Shown piece by piece: positions 1 to 8,920 of a stretch of DNA of 64,000 nt (within the stretch, counting starts at the first letter, position 1; the number at the start of each line of letters is the position of its first letter). The position numbers and the translations under genes are program-made. Source of the stretch: an uncultured Candidatus Poseidoniales archaeon (GTDB lineage: Archaea > Thermoplasmatota > Poseidoniia > Poseidoniales > Thalassarchaeaceae); assembly GCA_902530535.1 (NCBI GenBank), contig CACAAP010000002.1:255-64254 (forward strand), given 5' to 3'. The notes below the pieces were generated by a model, which saw only the letters and a program-made list of their open reading frames with translations, was not told where the DNA came from and searched no databases.

Positions 1-534
1 CATATGGGAGACTACCTCGTCGGGGACCGAAGCCCCCATCACTGATCTTACCGCATCCTCGTCATAGACTGTCGACAGCATCTGGGCCGTTGCCCTGACC
101 CTCCAACCCTCATATGACTCGCGATGCTCCAGCTCACCCATTATCACTGGCCATCCCGAAGACTCGTAGAGTTCTGCAGTCCCGACGTCTGTGGTGAAGA
201 TGGAGCCTGCACCGCCATGGTACTTCTCGGCATGCGAGACCCATTTTGGAGGGTCTTCTATGTCTGGTATTGAGACGATCTTAGCCTCTATCCCAGCTGA
301 ATCCAACCATACCCTTAGCATGGCCGTCCTCTCTTCCGAAGACCACGGATTCCTGATCGAAGGCGGTTGGTTGGATGACCCTATGGCGATGATCAGACTC
401 TCTTCGCTCGCATTTTCAGTACGCCAAACCTCGGCTGCCTGAATCATCAGAGCATGGCCCTTGTGGACTGGTTGGAACCTCCCTAGAACCACCACCCCTG
501 GCCCTGGGGGCTCTTCCGGTGGGGCCGGTTCCAT
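1..534 (-). CDS. nadM: Nicotinamide-nucleotide adenylyltransferase (archaeal NMNAT type). The C-terminus runs off the window.
   Basis: Not in the ORF track. The reverse frame is open from position 1 to the ATG at 532-534. It translates to MEPAPPEEPPGPGVVVLGRFQPVHKGHALMIQ...SLIIAIGSSNQ...NPWSSEERTAM...RSVMGASVPDEVV. The GRFQPxHxGH nucleotidyltransferase motif and the IGS..Q / NP(F/W)..ER block match archaeal NMNAT. Confidence 0.75.
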   Translation of the reverse strand, partial: MEPAPPEEPPGPGVVVLGRFQPVHKGHALMIQAAEVWRTENASEESLIIAIGSSNQPPSIRNPWSSEERTAMLRVWLDSAGIEAKIVSIPDIEDPPKWVSHAEKYHGGAGSIFTTDVGTAELYESSGWPVIMGELEHRESYEGWRVRATAQMLSTVYDEDAVRSVMGASVPDEVVSHM

Positions 535-545
535 TGGCAGATCAC

Positions 546-1232
546 TCAACCCTGCGACCCCCAAGTCTCGGAAAGCGTCGACCTGCCAAGCATCCACCTG
601 CCGGCCTCTAGGAACTCCCTACCAGCCATCAGTTCGATCTCAGACCCCCTGAGAGATTCCATGATGTTGAAGAGGGATTCACTCAGAGTGCGATGAGATT
701 CCATGGTAGGCAGTATCATTGGGTCCTCAGAGGGCTCCATAGTCTCTCCCATATCCTCTCTCCTAGACATCCAGTCCAATACCACTGACTCTGAGTAGGA
801 AGACCTGTCAGTCCTTGAAAGGGATTCCGAGAATTGCTCCCAGACCCCATGGTCCAGGAAAGCATCTTGCCCGGAGAGTTGGGATTCTATGAACGGTTCC
901 AGGTAAAGGAAAAGGCGAGCGTCCCAGCATGTCCATTGTGCCGTCGAGCACCATCGGGCAAGAAGGAGGGATAGCTCCATCGCCGAGTCAGATTCCTCCT
1001 CGGCCAGACTGCTCCTATCGCCCAGCCCTTCGGAATCGTCAATCAACTCTAGGACCTCCCCCTCTAGGTCGACATCGAAGTCCCTATGGAAACGAGGATC
1101 GGCCTCAGGCCTAGAACCCCTGAGACTGGCTGCCTCCATCGAAGATGATATCTCACTCACGCTCATGGCCATGAGTTCATCCAATAGTCCTCGGTCGACC
1201 AGATGGAGGATTACATCGACCATGTGCCCCAT
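546..1232 (-). CDS. Hypothetical acidic protein (228 aa, D/E/S-rich)
   Basis: Long ORF with no recognisable motif. Its stop lies 11 nt upstream of the NMNAT start on the same strand, so the two are probably co-transcribed. Confidence 0.5.
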   Translation of the reverse strand: MGHMVDVILHLVDRGLLDELMAMSVSEISSSMEAASLRGSRPEADPRFHRDFDVDLEGEVLELIDDSEGLGDRSSLAEEESDSAMELSLLLARWCSTAQWTCWDARLFLYLEPFIESQLSGQDAFLDHGVWEQFSESLSRTDRSSYSESVVLDWMSRREDMGETMEPSEDPMILPTMESHRTLSESLFNIMESLRGSEIELMAGREFLEAGRWMLGRSTLSETWGSQG

Positions 1233-1347
1233 GACCCGCTTGTGTCCAAATACCCTCGCTCGATAGATTCAGGTGCTAACTTTCCACCGAATTCAAGAAT
1301 GTGGGGCCACGCCACCATCTCAGGAACAAGCTAAGGAGTGATTTGTC

Positions 1348-2466
1348 ATGGCAACGATAGACGAGCAAATCAAGTCCCTGGAAGAAGAGATATCCAAGAC
1401 GAAATACAACAAAGCAACCCAGGGCCACATTGGTAAGCTGAAGGCTAAGATCGCCGCACTTAGGCAGAAGCAGGAGAAGGCGACGGCCCATTCTAGATCT
1501 AGCGGCGGCAACCAGGGCTTCGAGATAAAGAAGTCAGGAGATGCATCGGTGGCACTAGTGGGCTTTCCTAGCGTAGGCAAGTCTAGCCTGATATCGCAAC
1601 TTACAGATGTTGAATCTGAAGCTGGGAACTTTGCATTCACCACGCTGACATGCATTCCAGGGGTAATGGATCACAGAGGTGCGAAGATACAGATCCTGGA
1701 TTTGCCGGGCCTGATCAAGGGTGCTTCAGATGGGAAGGGAAGGGGGAAAGAGATTCTGAATGTTATCAGAGGCTCAGACATGGTCCTCTACGTAATCGAC
1801 CCATTCCAGAAGTCTCACTTCAAGATCCTCGATGATGAATTGTGGAAGGCAGGTATGAGATTGAATCAGAGCCCTCCACAAGTCTTCGTTTCCAGGACAA
1901 GAAGAGGGGGAATAGAGGTGCGTTCCACTCTGGAGCAGACCAACATGAGTGATGAGGAGATTCAAGGAATCATCAGAGGTTTCGGCATCGTCTCTGCCAC
2001 TGTTACACTGAGGACCGATGTCACTGACGACCACATTGTGGACACGCTGGCAGGAAATAGAATTTACAGCAGATCTGTTGTAGTGGTAAACAAGATCGAC
2101 CTTGCGAATGAGGGGGATCTTCGGAGGGCCTATGAAGGCCTGCCAGAAGGATGGCCGGTTCTCAACGTCTCGGCCAAGACTGGGGAGGGGATAGAGGAGA
2201 TGAAGGACTTCATCTTCGATAATCTGGGCTTCATGTCTATTTTCCTTAAGCCACAGGGGCAAGAGGCGGATTTGATCGAGCCACTGATCGTGAAGGACAC
2301 TTCCACGGTCAGGGACGTCTGCGCGAAACTGCATCGGGATTTTCTGAGGAAATTCCGCTATGCACGGGTCAAGGGGCCAAGTGCGAAATTCGACTGGCAG
2401 AGAGTTGGCTTGGATCATCGACTGAAGGATGAAGATTTGCTGACGGTGATACTAAGGAAGTCATGA
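1348..2466 (+). CDS. Developmentally regulated GTP-binding protein (DRG/Rbg, Obg-like GTPase with TGS domain)
   Basis: The N-terminus MATIDEQIKSLEEEISKTKYNKATQGHIGKLKAKIA, the G1 motif GFPSVGKSS, DLPG, NKID and a C-terminal TGS-like region fit the family. An AAGGAG at 1333-1338 sits 9 nt upstream of the ATG. Confidence 0.9.
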   Translation: MATIDEQIKSLEEEISKTKYNKATQGHIGKLKAKIAALRQKQEKATAHSRSSGGNQGFEIKKSGDASVALVGFPSVGKSSLISQLTDVESEAGNFAFTTLTCIPGVMDHRGAKIQILDLPGLIKGASDGKGRGKEILNVIRGSDMVLYVIDPFQKSHFKILDDELWKAGMRLNQSPPQVFVSRTRRGGIEVRSTLEQTNMSDEEIQGIIRGFGIVSATVTLRTDVTDDHIVDTLAGNRIYSRSVVVVNKIDLANEGDLRRAYEGLPEGWPVLNVSAKTGEGIEEMKDFIFDNLGFMSIFLKPQGQEADLIEPLIVKDTSTVRDVCAKLHRDFLRKFRYARVKGPSAKFDWQRVGLDHRLKDEDLLTVILRKS

Positions 2467-2509
2467 CGCTCTATCGATGAATTCACCAATGTGATGCCTA
2501 TCCTGTGTC

Positions 2510-3271
2510 ATGGGCGAGGGGTTGTTGGGGGTATTTGACAGTCCGATATTTCAGAGGATTACTTCACACATCGACAGACGTAGGAAGCTGTACCTCGGAG
2601 TTTTCACATTGGGGTTCGTGGCAGGGTATCCGATAGGAGGGGAGGTCATCGAATGGCTTCTGGATTCCGAAGGGTACGTCCCAGAGGGGGTCGAGGTGAT
2701 CATTCTGCAGCCCCTCGAGGTGATTCTGCTACAACTAAGAATAGCTGCACAGATCGCCTTCGGAATGATGGTGGCAACGGTAATTCTGGATCTTGCTTGG
2801 TTGAGTCGAAGCGCTCTCCCAGATTCGACTAACCGCGTATCACGAGGTGTTGGTGCTTCCAGAGCCATAATGGCACTGGCGATAATGTTGGCACTAGGTG
2901 GACTGGGGCTTGCTTATGCACACAATGTTCTGATTCCGTTCCTCCTGGAGTACCTGGCCGAGGACTCTGAGGCATCTGGCCTGCTAAACACTTGGCAGTT
3001 GCAGTCTTGGGTGGGATTTGTCACTGGGCTTTACTTCTCTTCCATCATTGGCTTCCAGGTCCCGATTGTGGTGATTCTGCTATTGAGGTCTGGGGCGATT
3101 AGCAGGGGTTCCATAGTCGAGAACAGGGGGTTGATTTGGTTCGCAGCCCTGTTCCTCGGGGCCCTGATATCCCCTCCTGACCCGATTTCCCTGTTCCTCG
3201 TGGGTGGTCCGATGCTTGTCCTACTTGAGGTGGCACTTCTGTACGACAGTTTGCACGTCGGGAGAGAGTAG
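2510..3271 (+). CDS. tatC: Twin-arginine translocase subunit TatC
   Basis: About 6 hydrophobic segments. The N-terminal HIDRRRKLYL region and the C-terminal LISPPDPIS motif are characteristic of TatC. Confidence 0.75.
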   Translation: MGEGLLGVFDSPIFQRITSHIDRRRKLYLGVFTLGFVAGYPIGGEVIEWLLDSEGYVPEGVEVIILQPLEVILLQLRIAAQIAFGMMVATVILDLAWLSRSALPDSTNRVSRGVGASRAIMALAIMLALGGLGLAYAHNVLIPFLLEYLAEDSEASGLLNTWQLQSWVGFVTGLYFSSIIGFQVPIVVILLLRSGAISRGSIVENRGLIWFAALFLGALISPPDPISLFLVGGPMLVLLEVALLYDSLHVGRE

Positions 3272-3892
3272 TCACTCCTCCACTCCTGCTTCTACCTCTG
3301 GGGCGTCCTCCTCGGTGTACTCGGATATCGTCATCTGCTCGTCGGGAGCCAGCGATGCGGCCAGCTCTGCGCTGGAGAGGCCCATGTTGCTGGCCTCGGC
3401 CCTGAACCAAGCCCTTACCTTCCTGAACTCGACCTCTGGGCATCCGAAGTACTCTGCGAATCTTCTGGTCGTGGTGAGGCGGCGAGTGAGCCCGTCCCTC
3501 CTCCTGTCTATGAGGCCCATGGATGAGAGGTCCCTTACGTGATCATACGCCCTCTGTCCGAGCATGTCAACCAGCTGGGACTGAGCCATCGGCTGGTGGT
3601 AGGCGATGAGAGCTGCTGCAGGAAGTAGCCTCTGGGGTATGTCGGCCCTGAAGGTCTCCGGAAGGAAGGAGGATAGCTCCGGCTTGACCTCCAGGATCCA
3701 CCTCCCCGAGACGTCGGAAAGTTGTATGGCGCCACCTTCCCTCTGATCTATGCTCTTCCTAAGGTTGGATAGCCCCACGTGGATCACTCCCTTCGGCTCC
3801 CCAAGCATCTCGGAGAGTTCCTCTAGTGACATGGAGCGCCCGGCCCCGAAAAGTATGGCCTCCAGTACTGTCGGCAGTTCGGGGTCAGACAT
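3272..3892 (-). CDS. scpB: Segregation and condensation protein B (ScpB)
   Basis: The N-terminus LEAILFGAGRSMSLEELSEML and the tandem winged-helix pattern are typical of ScpB. The gene overlaps the scpA stop by 8 nt. Confidence 0.85.
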   Translation of the reverse strand: MSDPELPTVLEAILFGAGRSMSLEELSEMLGEPKGVIHVGLSNLRKSIDQREGGAIQLSDVSGRWILEVKPELSSFLPETFRADIPQRLLPAAALIAYHQPMAQSQLVDMLGQRAYDHVRDLSSMGLIDRRRDGLTRRLTTTRRFAEYFGCPEVEFRKVRAWFRAEASNMGLSSAELAASLAPDEQMTISEYTEEDAPEVEAGVEE

Positions 3893-4880
3893 TCTGTGCC
3901 CCCGTGGGATCTACTGTTGGGTGTAGCCTCTGGGTCAGCTCATCGTAGTCGTCTGACTCGCCCCATAGGTCCTGGAGGACGATCTGTCCGTTGTAGCCGC
4001 TCTCTTGTCCGAGTGAAATGTAGCCTCGGTTCGTCAGGAACAGAGTGGAAACGAAAGCCGTAACCTGCGATTCCGTGATTGCTTCCTCACCTTCGAAGCC
4101 TTGGAGGATTGAGTCGCGGTTCATTTCGTTCGCCACGTCTGAGAGGGATATGGATTCGGACTGGCTGGTCCTGGCCTTCAGTGCCTGCCATGTCCTCTTC
4201 AGGTCCCCTTCCAGATCTTCGACGTGAAGGCTTCCACTGAACCTCTCCCTGGCCTTGTCGTGGGCTTCCCTTCGCTCCTTCGCGATCCTCTCCCTCGTCC
4301 TCTGTTCCTCGGCTAGCCTGCTGGCATCCTGAAGTCCCAGTAGTAGCTCCCCCAGTGTGACGGGGCGGCCCTCGTCCCGGTGAATCCGCCCTTCAAAGAT
4401 GGACGGGAGTGCCTCGTCAGCGGCCCCGGTCATCACGCCAAGGGAGAAGTTGTACTCGTCATCATCGAACTCTGCCTCCCAACCCCCTTCGAAGTCCCAT
4501 TCGACCTCCTCCTCGAAATCCATCGCCCTCTCCTGGCGGTCTATCAGGGAGTTGGCTTGGCCCCTGAGTATGGACCATGCCATCCTAATCATCCTACCAC
4601 AGGATGGGAGGTCTATGTTCTCGGCCTTGTCTATTCGTTCGTTGAACATCTCGATGAAGCTGGATAGATCGACGTCCCATGGGTCTAGATCGCTTGACTG
4701 GAACATCTGGAAGACCAGGGCGACGGATCTGTCGAATGGGTCGACAAGGAACTGGTGCTCGGCCTCCTCGAGGGTTGAAAGTTCCATTAGCCTGTCCAGG
4801 AACTTGCTGGTCTCCAGGCTTGACTGTCCGTCTAGGAGGCGGAGTACTACATCATCCCTCATCTGCTCTCCGAAGATCAC
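3885..4880 (-). CDS. scpA: Segregation and condensation protein A (ScpA, kleisin)
   Basis: It sits between smc and scpB with overlaps at both junctions. It is 331 aa with an acidic middle and a ScpA-like N-terminal block (DPWDVDLSSFIEMF...MIRMAWSIL). Confidence 0.75.
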   Translation of the reverse strand: MIFGEQMRDDVVLRLLDGQSSLETSKFLDRLMELSTLEEAEHQFLVDPFDRSVALVFQMFQSSDLDPWDVDLSSFIEMFNERIDKAENIDLPSCGRMIRMAWSILRGQANSLIDRQERAMDFEEEVEWDFEGGWEAEFDDDEYNFSLGVMTGAADEALPSIFEGRIHRDEGRPVTLGELLLGLQDASRLAEEQRTRERIAKERREAHDKARERFSGSLHVEDLEGDLKRTWQALKARTSQSESISLSDVANEMNRDSILQGFEGEEAITESQVTAFVSTLFLTNRGYISLGQESGYNGQIVLQDLWGESDDYDELTQRLHPTVDPTGAQNV

Positions 4881-7800
4881 AGGGCCCTCTCCTTGGTTTC
4901 TATTTCAGGTTGGATTGGGGGCTCTTCATCGTCCGCCTGCGCGTCCGAATGTTCCTCGATTGTCTCCGATACCTCCTCGGTTCGCTCCCTGAGCCCCTTC
5001 AACTCGTCCTCTGGCTCGCTTGCTTCGCCCTCGTCCGGTACGTCTACTCCGGCTCTTTCGGCCAGCCCTCCCAAGCTGGATGGAGTGGGGAGGGGTTCAG
5101 GGGCTCGTGGCATTTCTTCGGGTGATGGCAGTTCGGGCATGGACTTCTTCTCAGCCTCTGAGGCTGCTCTTGCCTTCTCCTCTGCCTCTATCTCCTCGCT
5201 CAAGTCTAATGCAGCCGCCCTGTCGAAGTCGGTAATCCTCTGGCTGCAGCCGTTGCCTGCGTGAGTGATTCCGATGTGGTGGTCGGCCAGGGTCAGGCTA
5301 ACCTTCCTGAGTGTGACCATGATGAACTGTGCCATCCCGCTCCTCATTCTGCAGAGGGCTGCTATCTTCTCGGAGTTGAAGGGGTCAAGATTCTGGTCGA
5401 CCTCGTCGAAGTAGTAGAACGGGCTTGGCTCGTAGTCCTGGATGGCGAAAATCAGTGCCAGCGCAGCCATCGACTTCTCCCCTCCGGAAAGAGCGGTCCT
5501 CCTGGTGTTCTGGCTCTTGCCGGGGGGTACGCAAGCCATTTCCAGACCCCCTTCGAATGGGTTGTCCATATTCTCCAGTTTCAGTTCTCCCTTTCCTGTT
5601 GGCTGGAGTATCTCGTAGACGCGGCGGAAGTTGTTGTTGACGTGGGTGAATACGTTCAGGAGGCGGGTCCTTCGCTCGTCTTCTAGTTGGTCGGCAATGG
5701 TTGAGAGCTCGTCCCTCCTCGACCTAAGCAGCTTCCCATCCGCGATCAGGTCTGTGATCCTCGAGGCGGCGGTGTCGTACTGCTCGATGGCGAGCATGTT
5801 CACGTCCCCGAGGGCGCGGAGGCGGCGCTCGAGCCCCTGCACGCTCCGCTCCGCCTCCACGACTGTTGGCAGATGCACGTCTTCGGACGGGATGGGGATT
5901 CCTGCAGCCTCCAATTCGGCTACGATCTCATCCAGAGCCTCGCGCTTCTGCTTGATTTGTACACTTATTTCCTCTAGTCTTCCAGAGATGTTCTGCCGCT
6001 CCTGGGATATCCTCTCTAGGTGGGCCCTCAGGCTTGCTCTCTCCTCTACTAGTTCGTCTCTCTTCCCGTTCAGGGCCTTCTGTTCTTCGTCGAATTGAGA
6101 GGCCTGCTCCCTCAACTCGACTAGTTCGGTCTCGGATTCCCTCATTCCAGACTCTAGTTCGGCGATGGCCTTCTTCGCCTTGGATGCTGATGCTTTCTGG
6201 GAGTTCAACTGCCTGTCCAATTCGGCGACCCTATCGACGAGAATCTCTAGTTGCTGCGTCGAGGTTTCTATTGAGGTCTCAGACATCACCCTAGTTCGCT
6301 CTGCCTCCGTCCTAGCCCGCTCTGCCTCCCTGAGTTTGTCGGAGAGGTGATCGGGCGTGTGACTCTGGAGCTCCTCGGCCGCTCTGGCTCTGGCCTGTGA
6401 GGAGTTATCCATTTCCGCTCTTGCCTCTTCGCATGCTTCGGATAGAAGAGCCTTCTCAGATTCGCAATCCTCGAGTTCCTTGCTGGCTACCCTGAGCTTG
6501 GACTTGATTTCTCGGACGGCTTTCTCCGACCTCTCCATATCGGCCTTCCAGTTTCTGACCCTGACGGAGTGGTCGTCATTGTCTAGGCCGTGGATCGTGT
6601 CTCGTAGTTCCTGCTGGTTCCTCCTCAGCTCGCGAAGGGCCCCGTCAACGGTGGAGAATAGTAGGTCAGCCTCCTGAACTGCCATCTCCATCCTTTCTAT
6701 TCCCGAGCTGCCAGCCCCGGAGCCATCGAACCTAGGGCGGTCCTTCCTCGAGGAGGAACCCCCGGTCATTGCCCCTGAGCTCTCTATTACTGAGCCATCC
6801 AGGGTGACCATGCGTACGCCGCCCATGTTATCCCTTGCAACATCCATTGAGTCGACTACCAGGGTGTTTCTCCCAGCGTATCTGACTGCAGTCTCCACTC
6901 CGGGGTCGAACTCCAACAGGTCATGGACGAAACCGACCACTCCCGGATTCCTCGCAACCAGTAGGGTCCTTCCCTGGGGCCTGGATACTGATAGTTTGTT
7001 CAGAGGAAGGAAGGTTGCTCTGCCGCCTCCGTTCTTTCGAAGCCAGGATATGCACTTTGAGGCGACATGGTCGGAGGTGACTACGATGCTCCTTAGCCCG
7101 CCCCCGAATGCGAATGATAGGGCCTCCTCGTGAGAAGGGTCCTTTGGTGTGGCTAGTTCGCCCAGGGTTCCGAGTATCCCATGGATCTCGCCGCTCTCCC
7201 TTAGGCGTGACAGGGCTGCGAGGGTGTGCGCGGATCCGGGGGTACTGGAACGAGCCTCGATCCTTGCCTTGGCCTTCGCCAGGCCCGTCTCCGCGTTCCT
7301 GAGCTTCGACTCGGCCCTGTCCCTATCATCGACTAGGGATCTCTCCTGCTTCTGGAGGCTCATTAGTTCCTTGGCTAGTTCCTCCCTGCTGGTCTCGGGA
7401 CTGGTTTCCTCCAGATCCTCCCCGAGTAGGGAGTGGTCGTCCCTCTCAAGTTCGGCTGCCTCGAACGATTGCTCGATGTCAGCAAGTTTCTCAGAGGCGA
7501 TTTGGGATCTTTGGTTTGCCCGATCATAATCCAGTTGTGCTTGGGCGAATGCATTGCTCGCTGACTGTTCCGCCTCTGTTGCCTTTCCAAGGGTCCTGTT
7601 GAGGTCCCTTCCGTGCTTGTCCCCGGACTCGATGGCCTTCCTAGCCTCTTCTTCCTCCCTAGCGGCCCTTTTCAGATCCTCCTTCGAGTCTGAGACTGAC
7701 TGGTGCAGGTCGGAGATTTTCTGCTCGGCCTGGGAACGGGCATTTTCTGCCCCCTCTCTCTCCTTCACTAGTATCTGCGTCTCCTCGTCAGAGCTCTCGA

Positions 7801-8782
7801 TCATTCGGTTGTGATCCCCGATTCTGTCTGCAGCGGTTTCGAGATCTATCTCGTGCTGCCTGATCTTGTCGATTATTTCCTTGGCATCGCCTCCCAGGAC
7901 GCCCTCTAGTTCTCTACCGATTCGGACGAGTTCCTTGTCGAATTCGTCGAGGGTCATGCTAGACTCGGTCATCTCGCTGGAGAGTTGTTGCACCTTGGAA
8001 ACGTAGTTGGCTCTCTCCTCCGTTAGGAGTGAGACCTCGCCTTCTCTGTTCCTATGCCTTGACTGCTCCAGAGTGAGTCGGGCGAGGTCTGCTTCTCCCT
8101 TCAGTTCCTTGAATTTCAGAGCCTGCTCCCTTTCCTTCTCGAGTTCCTGGAGCCTCCCCTTCTGGTCCGCCTCGAAGATATCTATCGTCTCTATGTTGCT
8201 CTCGACGTGCTTTCTCTGGGTGTTGGCCTTCCTTATCTCCTCGTCGTAAGCAGTTACTCCGGCCACCTCCTCAAGCACCCCTCTCCTCTTGTGGGGGGTC
8301 ATGGTTGCCAGGTTTGTCACGTCCCCCTGTAGTACTATGTTGTAGCCCTCGCCCCTCAATCCTGCCTCGGAGAGTATCCTGCGCATCTCCGTAGCGGTTG
8401 AGGGATTGTCGTTTATCCTGTAAGATGTGACTGGATCCCCCTTCCTGTTCAGTCGCACGCTCCTAGTGAAGGAGACCTCGTCCGAGTCTGATCTCAGTCG
8501 TCTCCGTCCGCCGACCTCCGGGGTGTTGCTGAAAACCAGAGTGGCCGACATGTGTTTTGCGGGGCTTCCCGCCTTTCCACCGTTGAAGATTAGCTCGGAT
8601 ACGTTTGACGCTCTGAGTGAGCGTGTAGATTTGGGGCCTAGGACGAAGCCTATTGCGTCCCCGCAGTTTGATTTTCCACTCCCATTGGGCCCTGTGATCG
8701 CCGTGAAGCCCTGCTCGAAAGGGATAGTTGTGCTGCCTCCGAATGACTTGAAGTTCTCGACCTCAATCCTGACTAGATGCAT
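4877..8782 (-). CDS. smc: Chromosome segregation ATPase SMC, with a roughly 110-aa acidic C-terminal extension
   Basis: Walker A GPNGSGKSN at the N-terminus, long coiled coils, a hinge (GILGTLGELA...), the signature LSGGEKS and Walker B YYFDEVD. At 1301 aa it is longer than usual because of the tail. Confidence 0.95.
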   Translation of the reverse strand: MHLVRIEVENFKSFGGSTTIPFEQGFTAITGPNGSGKSNCGDAIGFVLGPKSTRSLRASNVSELIFNGGKAGSPAKHMSATLVFSNTPEVGGRRRLRSDSDEVSFTRSVRLNRKGDPVTSYRINDNPSTATEMRRILSEAGLRGEGYNIVLQGDVTNLATMTPHKRRGVLEEVAGVTAYDEEIRKANTQRKHVESNIETIDIFEADQKGRLQELEKEREQALKFKELKGEADLARLTLEQSRHRNREGEVSLLTEERANYVSKVQQLSSEMTESSMTLDEFDKELVRIGRELEGVLGGDAKEIIDKIRQHEIDLETAADRIGDHNRMIESSDEETQILVKEREGAENARSQAEQKISDLHQSVSDSKEDLKRAAREEEEARKAIESGDKHGRDLNRTLGKATEAEQSASNAFAQAQLDYDRANQRSQIASEKLADIEQSFEAAELERDDHSLLGEDLEETSPETSREELAKELMSLQKQERSLVDDRDRAESKLRNAETGLAKAKARIEARSSTPGSAHTLAALSRLRESGEIHGILGTLGELATPKDPSHEEALSFAFGGGLRSIVVTSDHVASKCISWLRKNGGGRATFLPLNKLSVSRPQGRTLLVARNPGVVGFVHDLLEFDPGVETAVRYAGRNTLVVDSMDVARDNMGGVRMVTLDGSVIESSGAMTGGSSSRKDRPRFDGSGAGSSGIERMEMAVQEADLLFSTVDGALRELRRNQQELRDTIHGLDNDDHSVRVRNWKADMERSEKAVREIKSKLRVASKELEDCESEKALLSEACEEARAEMDNSSQARARAAEELQSHTPDHLSDKLREAERARTEAERTRVMSETSIETSTQQLEILVDRVAELDRQLNSQKASASKAKKAIAELESGMRESETELVELREQASQFDEEQKALNGKRDELVEERASLRAHLERISQERQNISGRLEEISVQIKQKREALDEIVAELEAAGIPIPSEDVHLPTVVEAERSVQGLERRLRALGDVNMLAIEQYDTAASRITDLIADGKLLRSRRDELSTIADQLEDERRTRLLNVFTHVNNNFRRVYEILQPTGKGELKLENMDNPFEGGLEMACVPPGKSQNTRRTALSGGEKSMAALALIFAIQDYEPSPFYYFDEVDQNLDPFNSEKIAALCRMRSGMAQFIMVTLRKVSLTLADHHIGITHAGNGCSQRITDFDRAAALDLSEEIEAEEKARAASEAEKKSMPELPSPEEMPRAPEPLPTPSSLGGLAERAGVDVPDEGEASEPEDELKGLRERTEEVSETIEEHSDAQADDEEPPIQPEIETKERAL

Positions 8783-8920
8783 CCCTTCACCTCAGTCACC
8801 GGGAAATAAATCTCCGACAACAACGACAGTCGTTCCATTTGGGGTTAAGAACGTTGAGGCAGTCAGACGATTTTCATGACGATTATGCCATGCCACTGAA
8901 AACGCCGTTTGATGGGCTCG

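Noticed and set aside
191-442. 83-aa plus-strand ORF at the window start
   Set aside because: It lies antisense to a reverse-strand frame that carries clear NMN adenylyltransferase motifs. It has no motif of its own.
4045-8879. Numerous 60-200-aa plus-strand ORFs opposite scpA and smc
   Set aside because: They are antisense to genes with unambiguous SMC/ScpA motifs. Their translations are low-complexity and S/P/R/L-rich, as expected opposite GAG/GAA/CTC-rich coiled-coil coding sequence.
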